A stretch of 64,000 nucleotides of DNA. It comes from Hyaloraphidium curvatum SAG 235-1 (Eukaryota > Fungi > Monoblepharomycota). The stretch is taken from assembly GCA_025558095.1 (NCBI GenBank), contig JAIVFI010000036.1:124001-188000 (forward strand). Direction: 5' to 3'. Both the position numbers and the translations under genes were made by a program. The stretch's first letter is position 1; every line of letters begins with the position of its first letter. The notes under the pieces were generated by a model. It saw nothing but the letters and a program-made list of their open reading frames with translations. It did no database searches and was not told the DNA's origin. Positions 1 through 10,194 of this stretch are shown one piece after another.

Positions 1-376
1 GTTTGCCGCGGAGCTGTACAACGATCCTGTGCCGGGGGGTCGGAAGCCGGTGTGGAACCTGGCGCCGGAGGCGATCGTCGTGTCGCCGGCGCCGGGGGCG
101 GTGGTCGGGCGCAGGACGCGCGTCAGCGGGTGGGCTTGGTCCGACTCGCCGGTCGTTCGGGTCGAGATCAGCAGCTCAGATGGGCGTGAATGGGCGGACG
201 TGGAGCTTGAGCCTAGGAGGGAGCGGGAATGGCAGGCGTGGAGCGCCCTCCTCGACCTCGATCCGGGGGAGGTTCGGCTGATGGTCCGAGCGACGGACAA
301 CTTGGGGAACGGGCAGCCGCTGGAGGGACAGCGGAATGCGGTGCACTCGGTCCAGGTGCTGGTGGAGGATCGATGA
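1..376 (+). CDS. Sulfite oxidase-family molybdopterin oxidoreductase, C-terminal Mo-co dimerisation (Ig-like) domain; 5'-truncated by the window edge
   Basis: Frame is open from base 2. VSGWAWS..VVRVEISSSDGREW and LMVRATDNLGNGQP..RNAVHSV match the Mo-co dimer domain pattern. Confidence 0.8.
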   Translation, partial: FAAELYNDPVPGGRKPVWNLAPEAIVVSPAPGAVVGRRTRVSGWAWSDSPVVRVEISSSDGREWADVELEPRREREWQAWSALLDLDPGEVRLMVRATDNLGNGQPLEGQRNAVHSVQVLVEDR

Positions 377-571
377 AATGCTTTCGGCGCCTGCTATAGA
401 GGTCTGACAGCGTTCAGGCGTGGGAGACGACCGTGGCGCTCAAGGGTCCGGCGGAGTCTATCCGTGTCTTTCCGTGGCGCTCTCCAAACCTCACCCTCCT
501 GCACCTTCAAAAGACCTCATTGACCGGCGAATCGCGAATCGCGTTCCGAGCCGCCTCTTTCCACTGCCAGC

Positions 572-1176
572 ATGAAAGTCTCCACGACCTGCTTCTGCAA
601 ATCGTGGGCACCCGCTCGGAGCGCGGCGCGGGCAACGCTCACGCGGGGCGATTCGCAGGGTTTCCGTGACGGCGGACGGCGACCCGGCTCTCATGTTCTA
701 CTGCTGGTGCAATTCGTGCTCCAAGGCGCGTGGAGCGCGTCGGAGGTGGCGCGCGGCGGTAACGTCTCCAATGGCAGGCTTCGAGCGGCACTTTTGCGAC
801 AATGGCCCTCTTTCCCCAAGAGGCCGTCACCATCGAAGGTCCGTCTTCTGCACGACTCCCGTCCCGACTGCATTGACACCACCGCTCCGCAGGACCCGTC
901 GAAGAATCCAAAGTCACTGACCGCCCGACGGGCAACACGCGCCTCTCGTGCGCCAGATGCCACGCCCGCGTCTCGGCGAAGCCCATGAACGACATGCCGA
1001 TGCGCGTTGTGTTCCCCATTTTGACCGTGGGCGACGGGTCGTGGTTCAAGCCCGAGATGCACGTGTTCTGCGAGGACGCGCCGCCGTGGGCCAAGCCGAC
1101 GGATTTCAAGGACGGGCTGCCAAAGTTTGCGGACCTGCCGAAGGCGTTCGGGGGGACGGACAAGCTCATGGAGTGA
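572..1176 (+). CDS. GFA/CENP-V (Mss4-like) zinc-binding protein, spliced
   Basis: Motifs CFC, CWCNSC and RCATC, with C-terminal FKPEMHVFC...DGLPKF, joined across short GT-AG introns (the first is ~605-658). Confidence 0.75.
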
Positions 1177-1376
1177 AACGGAGTTCGGAGACTGGGACAG
1201 TTTGCTCCGCAGGGTCGACGACGAGAACCCGGGAAGCTGGCGATGTGTAGCATCGGGCGCATGGGGAGCAACGAATCGTGTTCGCCGCGGTCAGAACCGA
1301 TACCCGCTCAGGGGCCGTACAAGGTTCTTGAGGAACCAGTTCTCCCACCTGTCGGCGACGGTCCGTCAGCCACGAA

Positions 1377-2873
1377 TCACCCCGCCGCCACGGGACCGAC
1401 CCACCTGTAGAGCGCCAGCCACCCCCTCCCGTCGAGCCACGGCCACGCCCTCTCCCCCGAATCCCAGCACCACAGCCACACCCTCGTCCTGCACAGGACC
1501 CTGTACGCTTTGCCCTTCCTGGGCAGCGGGTACCGCGCCATGTAGGCCGCGATGGCGGCCGGGTGCCACTTGTACTGGTGCACCCACGCCTGCACCTCCC
1601 CGCGCTGGTTGACCAGGTCGCCCCACGCGTTCTGCCAGTAGTGCGGGTTCGAGCCGACGGTGGCGCCCATGCCGAGCTCGTTCGAGTGCACGGTGACGTT
1701 GTGCGGGATGAGGCACGTGTAGTACAGGTAGTTGAGGATGCCCTGGTCGTTGCACCCCGTGCGCTCGATCTCGGAGGCCATCATGCCCACCAGGGAGGCG
1801 GCGGCGGCGCGGTAGCCGACCAGCATTCCGGCGCAGATGCGGGGGTACGGCTTGAGGCGGAGCATGGTGCCCGCGCCCCACCAGGGCTCGCCGCAGAGGA
1901 GCCATTGCCGGTGGTGGGAGCAGTCGCCGATGGCGAAGGAGGACCATTCGGTGGAGAGGGCGATGCCGTTCTCCGGGACGGGGTAGTCGAGGAAGGGGTG
2001 GCGCTGGAAGACCACGTCGTAGTCTGCAACCGCGGGGGTTGCCAGCAAAGCAAATTGAAGCGGCAGAAGGGGCGTCGTCAGCACGGAAGTATAGTGAGGG
2101 CCTCCAGTCGACCCACCGCAGACCATGATCATCTCCACCTCCTGCGCCCAGTCTTCGTCCATGAGGTCGCGGTACCAGCGGAACCGCTCCAGCTCCAGCT
2201 TCTTCCCCCCTGGCAGCTCGGCCCTGCGCACCTCGATGCGCATGCCGTGCTGGTCGCGGTAGTACGACAGCACGTCGAGGAACTCCTCCGAGGGGTCCAG
2301 CGAGAACACGACGACGGCGGCGTCGCGGTGCGCGCCCGAGGCCATGAGCGAGGCGTGGAACGCATTGACAAAGTCGATGCGCTCGTTGTGCTCTGCCAGC
2401 ACGACCAGGTATTTTGGCGGCGGGCGTGACAAGCGGGGCATGGCCAGCGCGGGCGGCGGGGGCCGCGAGCGCTTTGCCGGCTCGGCGAAGGCGGCGGGCA
2501 CCCGCAGCTTGAGCGGCGCGGCGGGGCACGAGAAGTTCGTGACGATTCTGTCCGGCGGCCGGTTGAGCTCGTCTGTCGGCGGCAGCGAGACAAAGTACGA
2601 CAGCGCGGCGAGGCCGACGACGAAGGCCGCCAACGCGCGCAGTAGCAGCCGGCCGGGGCACGCCCTGAGAGCCTTGCGCAGCCGCCGTGAGAAGCCGGAG
2701 ATCGGCAGCGCGCGGCCCTTCCCCGTCGGCGACGGCGGCGGCGACCCCGACGGCGTGCGCGCGACAGGCAGCAGCGGCAGCTCGTCCGCCCGGCCCGCCG
2801 GCGTCGCCGCCCGCGGCATCGGCGAGCCCGGCGGCGACACCGAGTGCGGCGGCGATGCTGACGCCCGCTGCAT
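1377..2873 (-). CDS. Type II membrane protein, putative nucleotide-diphospho-sugar (GT-A) glycosyltransferase
   Basis: Single TM (LLLRALAAFVVGLAALSYF), DYDVVFQRHPF DxD-like motif and CNDQGILNYL motif. In-frame introns are likely. Confidence 0.55.
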   Translation of the reverse strand: MQRASASPPHSVSPPGSPMPRAATPAGRADELPLLPVARTPSGSPPPSPTGKGRALPISGFSRRLRKALRACPGRLLLRALAAFVVGLAALSYFVSLPPTDELNRPPDRIVTNFSCPAAPLKLRVPAAFAEPAKRSRPPPPALAMPRLSRPPPKYLVVLAEHNERIDFVNAFHASLMASGAHRDAAVVVFSLDPSEEFLDVLSYYRDQHGMRIEVRRAELPGGKKLELERFRWYRDLMDEDWAQEVEMIMVCGGSTGGPHYTSVLTTPLLPLQFALLATPAVADYDVVFQRHPFLDYPVPENGIALSTEWSSFAIGDCSHHRQWLLCGEPWWGAGTMLRLKPYPRICAGMLVGYRAAAASLVGMMASEIERTGCNDQGILNYLYYTCLIPHNVTVHSNELGMGATVGSNPHYWQNAWGDLVNQRGEVQAWVHQYKWHPAAIAAYMARYPLPRKGKAYRVLCRTRVWLWCWDSGERAWPWLDGRGWLALYRWVGPVAAG

Positions 2874-3338
2874 GCCGCGAGGGGGTGGGAAAGCACGGAG
2901 AAGAAGTGCGAACGGTTGAGCCTCGCCGTCACTTGCGCCCCTTCAGGAGATCCGGCCCCCAAAGTCCGTTCACAAGCCAGATCAGCTCGACTGTTCTCCA
3001 GCAGCCAGCAAAATGGACTAGCAGCCACAAATGGAATGCGATTCGATGAGGAGAGGTTGTAACGGCGGTCTTGGATCTTGGACGCGATCACTGCCACGCC
3101 CGAGCTGAAAAGCAACGAAACAATAGTCACAGCGACGGCTTCAAGCTCTCCATTGCATGATCTGGATCGTTTGCTGGCTCCCGTCGCCGGGATTCCCTGT
3201 GAGGTGCGGCCTCACGCCGCCCCCGACCTACCCGCCGGAGATCGATCGCCGCCCGCTGATCGCACCACGCTTCTTGCCTCCACCCGCCTCTCGACACGCA
3301 GCCAAGGTGACGAGACCGGCCATTGGAACATTGGCGCC

Positions 3339-4851
3339 ATGGCCCTCCGTTTCCCCGCCGCATCGAGCCCGGAAATCGCTTCGAACACGAACGACCCGTG
3401 AGAGGCAGCGGGCCGTCGGACAGGGCGGGGACGGCCTGACGATCCTCCCGCCCTCGCCGAAGATTCTTGTATGCGTCCGGATTCGGCAACTCGTTCGAGT
3501 CCGAGGCCGTGCCGGGAGCCCTCCCCCGGGTCCGCAACGCGCCGCAGGTCGCCCCGCTCGGCCTATACGCCGAGCAGGTCAACGGCACGGCCTTCACCGA
3601 ACCCCGCGGACGCAACCAGCGCTCGTGGCAGTACAGGATCCGGCCGTCGGTCCTGCCGGAGACCCCCGTACCTTATGAAGGCAACCTCCGCCTGTGCGCC
3701 GACTTCGGCAAGAACGCCGTCCCGTCGCCGCTGCAGCTGCGGTGGGCGCCCTTCGCGCCCGAGGACGCGGACTGGCTCGATTCCCTGCGGACGGTCGCCG
3801 GCGGGGGCAGCGCCCTGGAGCGGTCGGGCGTCGCGTGCCACGTTTACGCGTTCAGGCGGCCGATGGGGGACAGGTGCTTCTACAATTCGGACGGGAGCCT
3901 GCTCATCGTGCCGCAGCACGGGACGGTGCTCGTCCGGACCGAGTTCGGCAAGATGAGCCTCGCGCCCAACGAGATCGCGGTGGTCCAGCGCGGGATCAGG
4001 TTCTCGGTCGACGCGATGCCGGGGAGCCCCAACCCCGAGGGCTTCTGCCGCGGCTACGTCTTCGAGGTCTTCGGCGGCAACTGGGAGCTCCCCGAGCTCG
4101 GGCCCCTGGGCGCCAACGGCCTCGCCAACCCGCGCGACTTCCTCTCCGTGACGGCGTGGTTCGAGGACCGCGCGTGCCCCGCTGGGTTCGAGGTCGTTGC
4201 CAAGTACGCCGGCAAGCTTTGGACCTCGAAGCTGCGCCATTCGCCGTTCGACGTGGTCGCGTGGCACGGCAATCTCGCGCCGTACAAGTACGACCTGCGC
4301 CGCTTCTGCGCCGTCAACACCGTCACCTTCGACCACATGGACCCGTCCGTCTACACCGTGCTCACCGCGCGCTCCGCGACCCCCGGGCTCGCGGTGGCAG
4401 ACTTCACGTTCTTCCCGCCGCGGTGGGACGTCGCAAGCGGCACGTTCAGGCCGCCGTTCTACCACCGCAACGCGGTCACGGAGTACGTGGGGATCGTCAA
4501 GGGGCCCGCGGCGGCCGCGGGGGGGGGGGTGTCCAGGGGCCCGATGACGAGCCACGGGTTGCCTATGGAGGGGTACGAGGAGGGGGCGTTCAGGGTCGAC
4601 GGCGATGTGGTGGGTTGTTCTGGTTGCCCGTCGGAGGGTGCGACGGGGTCTGACGGCGCCTCCGATATCAGCCCGCCCGCGCCGGGGACGGGGACGACTG
4701 CGTGATCCTGCTCGAGAGCCTGTACCCGTTCTCGTACACGGAGTGGGCGATGCGGGCCGGGGAAAAGGTGGACGGGGTCCACGAGAAGAACTGGACGACG
4801 CTGAAAAAGTACTACACGGGGCCCGCGGAGGGGAGCGCGAGCAAGCTTTGA
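3339..4851 (+). CDS. hmgA: Homogentisate 1,2-dioxygenase (divergent), 2 introns
   Basis: Motifs SGFGNSFESEA, LYAEQ, SWQYRIRPSV, GANGLANPRDF, VVAWHGN, FDHMDPS and FYHRN. A final exon after ~4670 encodes LLES...WTTLKKYY and ends at TGA 4849-4851. Confidence 0.9.
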
Positions 4852-5136
4852 CGGACCCGGGTGGAAGAGCTTGGTTGTCTCGTGCCGAGATTTGCATCAT
4901 CATTGTGCGTTGCTTTCGAGACAAATGAAGATCTCGATCGGTTTTCGATTGCGCTTCGGATGTACGAGGGCAATCTGGTGGTACTATGGGGGTGTGTGAG
5001 GGTCCTCTGATGAGCTGGCGGGAGGACGACAAACATCGCCGCGCCGGACCCCCGGTTCCTCCTCCATCGGCCCCGGAATCCCCTCCAGAGGACGTCTCCT
5101 TGACCTTCGGCTATCGGAAATTCGCTGGGAGCCGCG

Positions 5137-6465
5137 ATGGACTCGCCCCCGTCGCTCTCGCCGCTGTCGCTCGCGGCGGCGCGACCTCTGCCCGGCGACC
5201 CCGCGCTCGGCACTCTGGGCTGCCTGGACTACGACGTGGGCTTAAAATGCACCTTGGTATTGCATGCGTCGCTCGCTGACCGGTCTCTTGTTGCCCTCTC
5301 GCCGCAGACCCTCCTGCACGTCCTCACCTTCCTGCGCGCCCGGTGCCCGCGCTCCCTCCTCCGGCTGGCCCGCGCCTCCCGCCCGCTCTCGCTGCTCGCG
5401 CACGACCCGACGCTATGGCGCACCGTCGCGCTCTCGCTGCGGCTGGGGATGCCCGCCGCCGCGGCCGGGAGGCTGCTCCGCGCGGTAGCCGGTCTGGCGA
5501 ACGGGCAGGGACGGCACGGCGTGAGGCGGTTCGCCATGGACGCGCACGCAGGGGATCTCTGGGATCCCGCGAGGGCGGGGGAGGTGCTGGACTGCCTGGG
5601 GGAGGCGCACGCGGCGTGGCTGGAGGAGCTGGCGGTCGGGTCGTCGCGGAGACGGTGGGCGGACCTGCCGTCGGGCGCGCTGCCGGGACTGCTTTGCACG
5701 GCGGGAGGGATGCCGAACCTGCGGAGGGCGGAGCTGGCGGTTTCGCTGCCGGCAGCAGCGGCGTCGGAGGCGCTCGAGGCGCTGCTCCGTGCGGCGCCGA
5801 ATCTGGTCGAGCTGGTGCTGGACCTGGACCTGGACTGCGAGGGCGTCGGCGGGTCGCCGCGGAGCACCGCCTCGGCTTCCGCCTCGGAAGATAGCGACGA
5901 CGAGGAGCCGGAAGCGCCCTCCCCCGACACCGCGCGCCCCTTCTCCCTCCCCACCTCGCCGCACCCCCTCCGCTCCCTCTCCCTCCTCGGCCCCCCCCAC
6001 GCCGACCCCGTCCCCCTGCATCCCCCCTCCCTCGCCCTCCTCTTCCCCTCCCTGGACCGCCTCTCCCTCTCGGACCCATTCCGCGTGCTCCCCACCGGCA
6101 CCGACCGGCGCGAACCCGAGCTGCTCCTCTCCCTCCTCGCCTCCTTCCCGCGCCTCCGATCCCTGCGGTACCCGGGCATCGGCCGCGGCGAGCTCGACGC
6201 GCTCCTGTCGCACCGCCTCCCCGGCCCGGGGGAGCTGCGCTTCAGCGTGGACGAGTTCTCGGCGCACGACGCGGGGTGGGTGCGCAGGTGGAGCGCGAGG
6301 ATGCGGGGGGCGCTGGGGAGGTTCTGGGCGGCGAATGCCGGGGGTGGGGTGGGGAGGATCGTGTTCGAGATGGGGGAGGGGGGGAGGGGGTTGGTGTCGA
6401 CCCCGGGGGGGCTGGAGGAGGTGGAGGTCGAGGCGGGGGAAGGGACAAGGGCGTGGGCGTTGTAG
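5137..6465 (+). CDS. F-box domain protein with LRR-like C-terminus
   Basis: LVALSPQTLLHVLTFL...LLRLARASR..LAHDPTLWRTV is an F-box pattern; MPNLRRAEL and APNLVELVL are LRR-like repeats. Confidence 0.65.
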   Translation: MDSPPSLSPLSLAAARPLPGDPALGTLGCLDYDVGLKCTLVLHASLADRSLVALSPQTLLHVLTFLRARCPRSLLRLARASRPLSLLAHDPTLWRTVALSLRLGMPAAAAGRLLRAVAGLANGQGRHGVRRFAMDAHAGDLWDPARAGEVLDCLGEAHAAWLEELAVGSSRRRWADLPSGALPGLLCTAGGMPNLRRAELAVSLPAAAASEALEALLRAAPNLVELVLDLDLDCEGVGGSPRSTASASASEDSDDEEPEAPSPDTARPFSLPTSPHPLRSLSLLGPPHADPVPLHPPSLALLFPSLDRLSLSDPFRVLPTGTDRREPELLLSLLASFPRLRSLRYPGIGRGELDALLSHRLPGPGELRFSVDEFSAHDAGWVRRWSARMRGALGRFWAANAGGGVGRIVFEMGEGGRGLVSTPGGLEEVEVEAGEGTRAWAL

Positions 6466-6981
6466 CTGGGACTTGGGAAAGAAATGGAAGGCCTTTCAAA
6501 TTACGGATTTCGAGGCCGTGGTCGGATGTGTGGGGACGTTTGGCCCTGATCTCGAAGGGGCCCGGTGGGTGGTGGGCTCTCACGACCATTGCGTCGATCG
6601 CAGTGCCACGCCTTCCCTGCCCCCATCGGGCCGCTTTATCCGCAACCGCCCTCCTCTGCCGACACTATCGTGGATCACTTCTCGCTATCCTCCCTGGCCC
6701 GTGGCCCGGATCTCGACAAACCACGTCCGATCGGCGCCTCCGAAGCGCCCTCCCGATCGCTGCGCAGCAGTCACAGGCCGGCGTTGGGAAGCACATGCAA
6801 ATGCCACGTAATCACGGCAAAATCCCTGCCGACGGGTATATACTCGATTGCCACCGGCTCCACCTCCACCCTCGCAGAAGATCAGAACCCCACGGCGGCG
6901 GCCGGGCGGAACTGTACATCTCCGACCACATTGCTGACGGCTCGGCTTCCTTCCACCGCGCTTCGGCCCCCTGTTTCGACC

Positions 6982-7945
6982 ATGTCGACGTACGGCAACT
7001 TCGGCGGCTGGCCCGACGCCGCCAACCAACAGGTACGTGTTTCGGTTCGGTCTGTTCGAAGCCCGGCCGCCGCCGGAGTTCACGGACTACGGGATCTACT
7101 CGTTCGAGTGAGGTTGGCGGACCCTTGTGTCCCTTAAGTTGTCCTGCCTCTTCAAAAGGCTGCCTGCGCGGTTTCGGCCAGCGTCAACTTAACGATCTCG
7201 CGAGCAGCTTCAACGAAATGGATCCGATCGGGTGATGGCTTGGTCGAGTGTGACGTGTCATCAAAACTGCCCGACTCTGCTCGCAAACGGACCACCAAGA
7301 GCGATGCCGACTCCCGGTCGTGCTGGCACGCAGAAGAAAGGAAGCCCATCCGCCGCAGGGGCAACGGAGGCCGCCCTCGCGGGCACGGCCGCGGGGCTTC
7401 CCGGCGCCGCCGCGACCTCCCCATCGGACCCGTGGACGGCGTCCTTTCGGAGGGATGCCTACATCGCCCGCGTCTCGGAGCTCTGCGCCCGCTTCGCTGA
7501 GGAGTACTTCCCGTTCGCCGAGACCTGGACGCCGGGGGGACGCCCGCCAACCACCTTGCCCGGCCTAGCGCACCTCTTCACGGCGGACTCTCTGATCTGC
7601 GACGTCGTCTACAAGCCGTCCAAGGAGCTTTGCTTTGCTTTCGACGCCCTTCCTGCGACGCCAGCGCCCGAGTCCGTCTGCCTGCCGCTGTTCAACGTGC
7701 TGCTCCCCGAAATCTATCCGACGATGCGGCGGGCCGTCGAGCTCTCCGTGGCAAAGCATCGCAAGCCGTTTCCGACGCGAGACCCCGTCCTGTTCGCCGG
7801 CGTCATGGCGTGCCGGATGCTGCACCACCTCGCCGGCTCCTCCGCGGTCCGCAAGCGGATCGGCGACGACCCAGACTCCCCGGTCCGGATCGACGGAGTT
7901 ACCAAAAGCATGCTTAGCGTTCGTAGCATTGATTCGCTGACATAA
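6982..7945 (+). CDS. Hypothetical protein (gene structure uncertain)
   Basis: ORF 7232-7945 has coding-like GC3, and there is a possible short first exon at 6982 ending in CAG|GTACGT. No recognisable domain. Confidence 0.35.
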
Positions 7946-7949
7946 TCTA

Positions 7950-8236
7950 CTCGACCAAGATCGTGGAAACCACCGCCAAGGCGGCCGTGTACGGCAACAC
8001 GGCGAAAAAGTCGATGGAGGGAGTTTGAATAGGAGGGGCTCCCACCGGACGAGGCTGCAGCGATCATCCTGAACGGCGTGCGGCGCGGGGACTGGAGGAT
8101 CTTGGTGGGCGAAGACGCGGAGTGGTTGGATGCCGAGGTACGGCGGACGCCCTTGGAGGTGTACGAGCAGTCGTTCTACGACCGGTACGCCAAGGCGAGG
8201 GAGGATATGTCGGCGAGGCGGAAGGCGAAGATGTGA
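7950..8236 (+). pseudogene. C-terminal fragment of an SDR, paralogous to 15042-16094
   Basis: Translates to GLPPDEAAAIILNGVRRGDWRILVGEDAEWLDAEVRRTP versus PLDAEAAASIILAGVERGDWRILVGDDAVELDKMVRQRP. There is an in-frame TAG at ~8030 and no N-terminal Rossmann part. Confidence 0.7.
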
Positions 8237-8283
8237 AAATGGCGAACGAAGATGAATACAGGCATTAACGGTTCACCTGCCTG

Positions 8284-10020
8284 GATGGTCCGAGCTCCGG
8301 GGACGGCCCGAGCTCCGGAGCAATGATGACTTCATCCTCCATCCAGACAGGGTTCGTGCGGGTGAACTTCGTAGGGATTTGCGCCCTTTATCCAGTGTCT
8401 CCCAATAAGCCGATTGCTGACCGGCCAAGGCTTCACTGAGCAGCGACTCATTCGACCTCACGCCGCGCGAGTACCTCACGGTGTTCCCCGATGCGCTGCG
8501 GCGCGACGACCCCGCGGCCGAGGCGCGCTCCGCCGACCCGCTTGCGCCGCCGCGCTTCGTCGCCGAGCTGCGCCGCCGGAGCCCCGCTCTTGCTTCTCTG
8601 GACGCGCTTGCCATCTGGATGTCGCCGTTCGCGCGGCAGTACCTCGCGCGCCACGCGATCTTCCGGCTGAACCGCCCCGCGATGGTCGCGCCGGTCGTCG
8701 TGTTCAACAACGGGCGCTTCGGCAGCCGCCAGGTCGACGCGCTCATCGGCATCGTCGTCGCGCAGTTCGGCATCCATTTGGCGTCGATCATGCGGGGTGA
8801 GGCGGTCGGCAGGGCCGCCGCCATTAGCAAACTCGTCGGCGGCGGCGTCTACGACAAAGCTCGGGAGACCAAGAAGGACGACGACGTCGAGGCCGCTCAA
8901 ACCCCCCCCCCCTGTCGGCACGCCACTCGATACCCACCCGGACGCGGTGCTCGTTCGATGGTCGCAGCTTGCCGCTCGGGGAGACGGCGGCGACGGCACC
9001 GTCCGCAGCGAGGGCAGTGAGCAATCGCGGCGTCTACTCGCCCACGACACCGACGGAAAGTGCACCTGCCCGCTGCCGAGCTGCGCCGGCCGCCTCGTCT
9101 GGCTAGCAGCCCTTCTTCGAATCCTTTTCCTTAGCTGGACGTTTCTCAGCTACCCCATCACCTACACCATCCTGTGAAACTGGACAGCATGGGTTACCCT
9201 TGGCCAAGAGACGTGGTCCACGCCGTGGAGCGCCATTCTGTCCGCTGTCTTCTTGCTGTCGGTAATCGTAAGCATTGTGCCGGACTGTTTCGCCGTGATC
9301 GATCGTCAGCAACCCCGCCCTGCTCGAACTCTCCGCGCGCCTGCAGAACCGCGCGCTCTCGTTGGCCCTCAAGGCTTTCGTCGAGGAGCAGGACCGCCTG
9401 GCGGGAGGCGACGAACCCGTCGGCTGCGACGGGGCTTGCTACATCCGCCTGCAGGAGCTGCTCTCGGCCAGCTGGCAGCGGAGCCTGGACCACTTGTCAA
9501 CGGCGCGGACCCAGTTTGTCATCTGGCTCGTCAGCGCCGTCGCATTCATTATCGTGACCATTGTAGGTCGACCGCGCGTACCGGACTTCGCGTGTCCACT
9601 GACTTCCCGCGTTCCATTCAGACCGTGGGGTCCTGCGCCACCGTTGGCCTGATCTTCACGGCCCTCGGCCCCGCCGGTGTGATGCTCCACGACCTCCTCT
9701 CCATCGCCACCTTCAACGTGGGCGTCAAGCGAACCTCGGCGCTCTACGACGCCGCCTCCGCGGACCTGTGCCGGATCGCCATGCGCCACCCGCGCTCGCC
9801 GCATCTACCCATGCTGGCCGTGCACCGCGAGCTCCTGGGCGCCTACGCGCGCGGGGCGGGCAGGTTCAGGGGGAGGTTCCTCGGGTTCGAGGTCGATTTC
9901 GGGATGGTCAGGACGCTGCTCGTCACCGTCTTCACCGTGGCGATCGGCCTGGCGTCGATCCTGCGGGGATCGGACATCTTTGTGACCATCGAGAATGTGT
10001 GTCCCGGTGGAACATCGTAG
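8284..10020 (+). pseudogene. Multi-pass membrane protein, family paralog 1 (7TMIC/DUF3537-like C-terminus); apparently disrupted; start uncertain
   Basis: Several hydrophobic helices and clear similarity to 19953-21574. Frameshift near the poly-C at ~8902-8913 and an in-frame TGA at 9175-9177. Confidence 0.6.
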
Positions 10021-10194
10021 GATCGGAATTCGATGCAACGCAGGCCGGGGCCGGCAGACCGTAAGACCTGGAAGTCTTTCCGATCCCCAACTACGCGTGC
10101 GGGCATCGTTGAACTGCTAGAATGCTCGGGCAAGAGCTGTGGTGATGGCAGCCGGGCACGGTCAGCATGTCAGGCGGAGCTCGTTTTGGCGGCC

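Noticed and set aside
3563-5032. 489-aa minus-strand ORF and similar long Arg/Gly/Pro-rich ORFs across the window
   Set aside because: Shadow ORFs caused by stop-codon scarcity in GC-rich coding DNA.
8020-9180. In-frame TAG and TGA as evidence for an alternative genetic code
   Set aside because: Conserved genes here terminate normally at TGA (NFS1), TAG (MCM4, ELC1) and TAA (CYC1), and both cases lie in otherwise disrupted genes.
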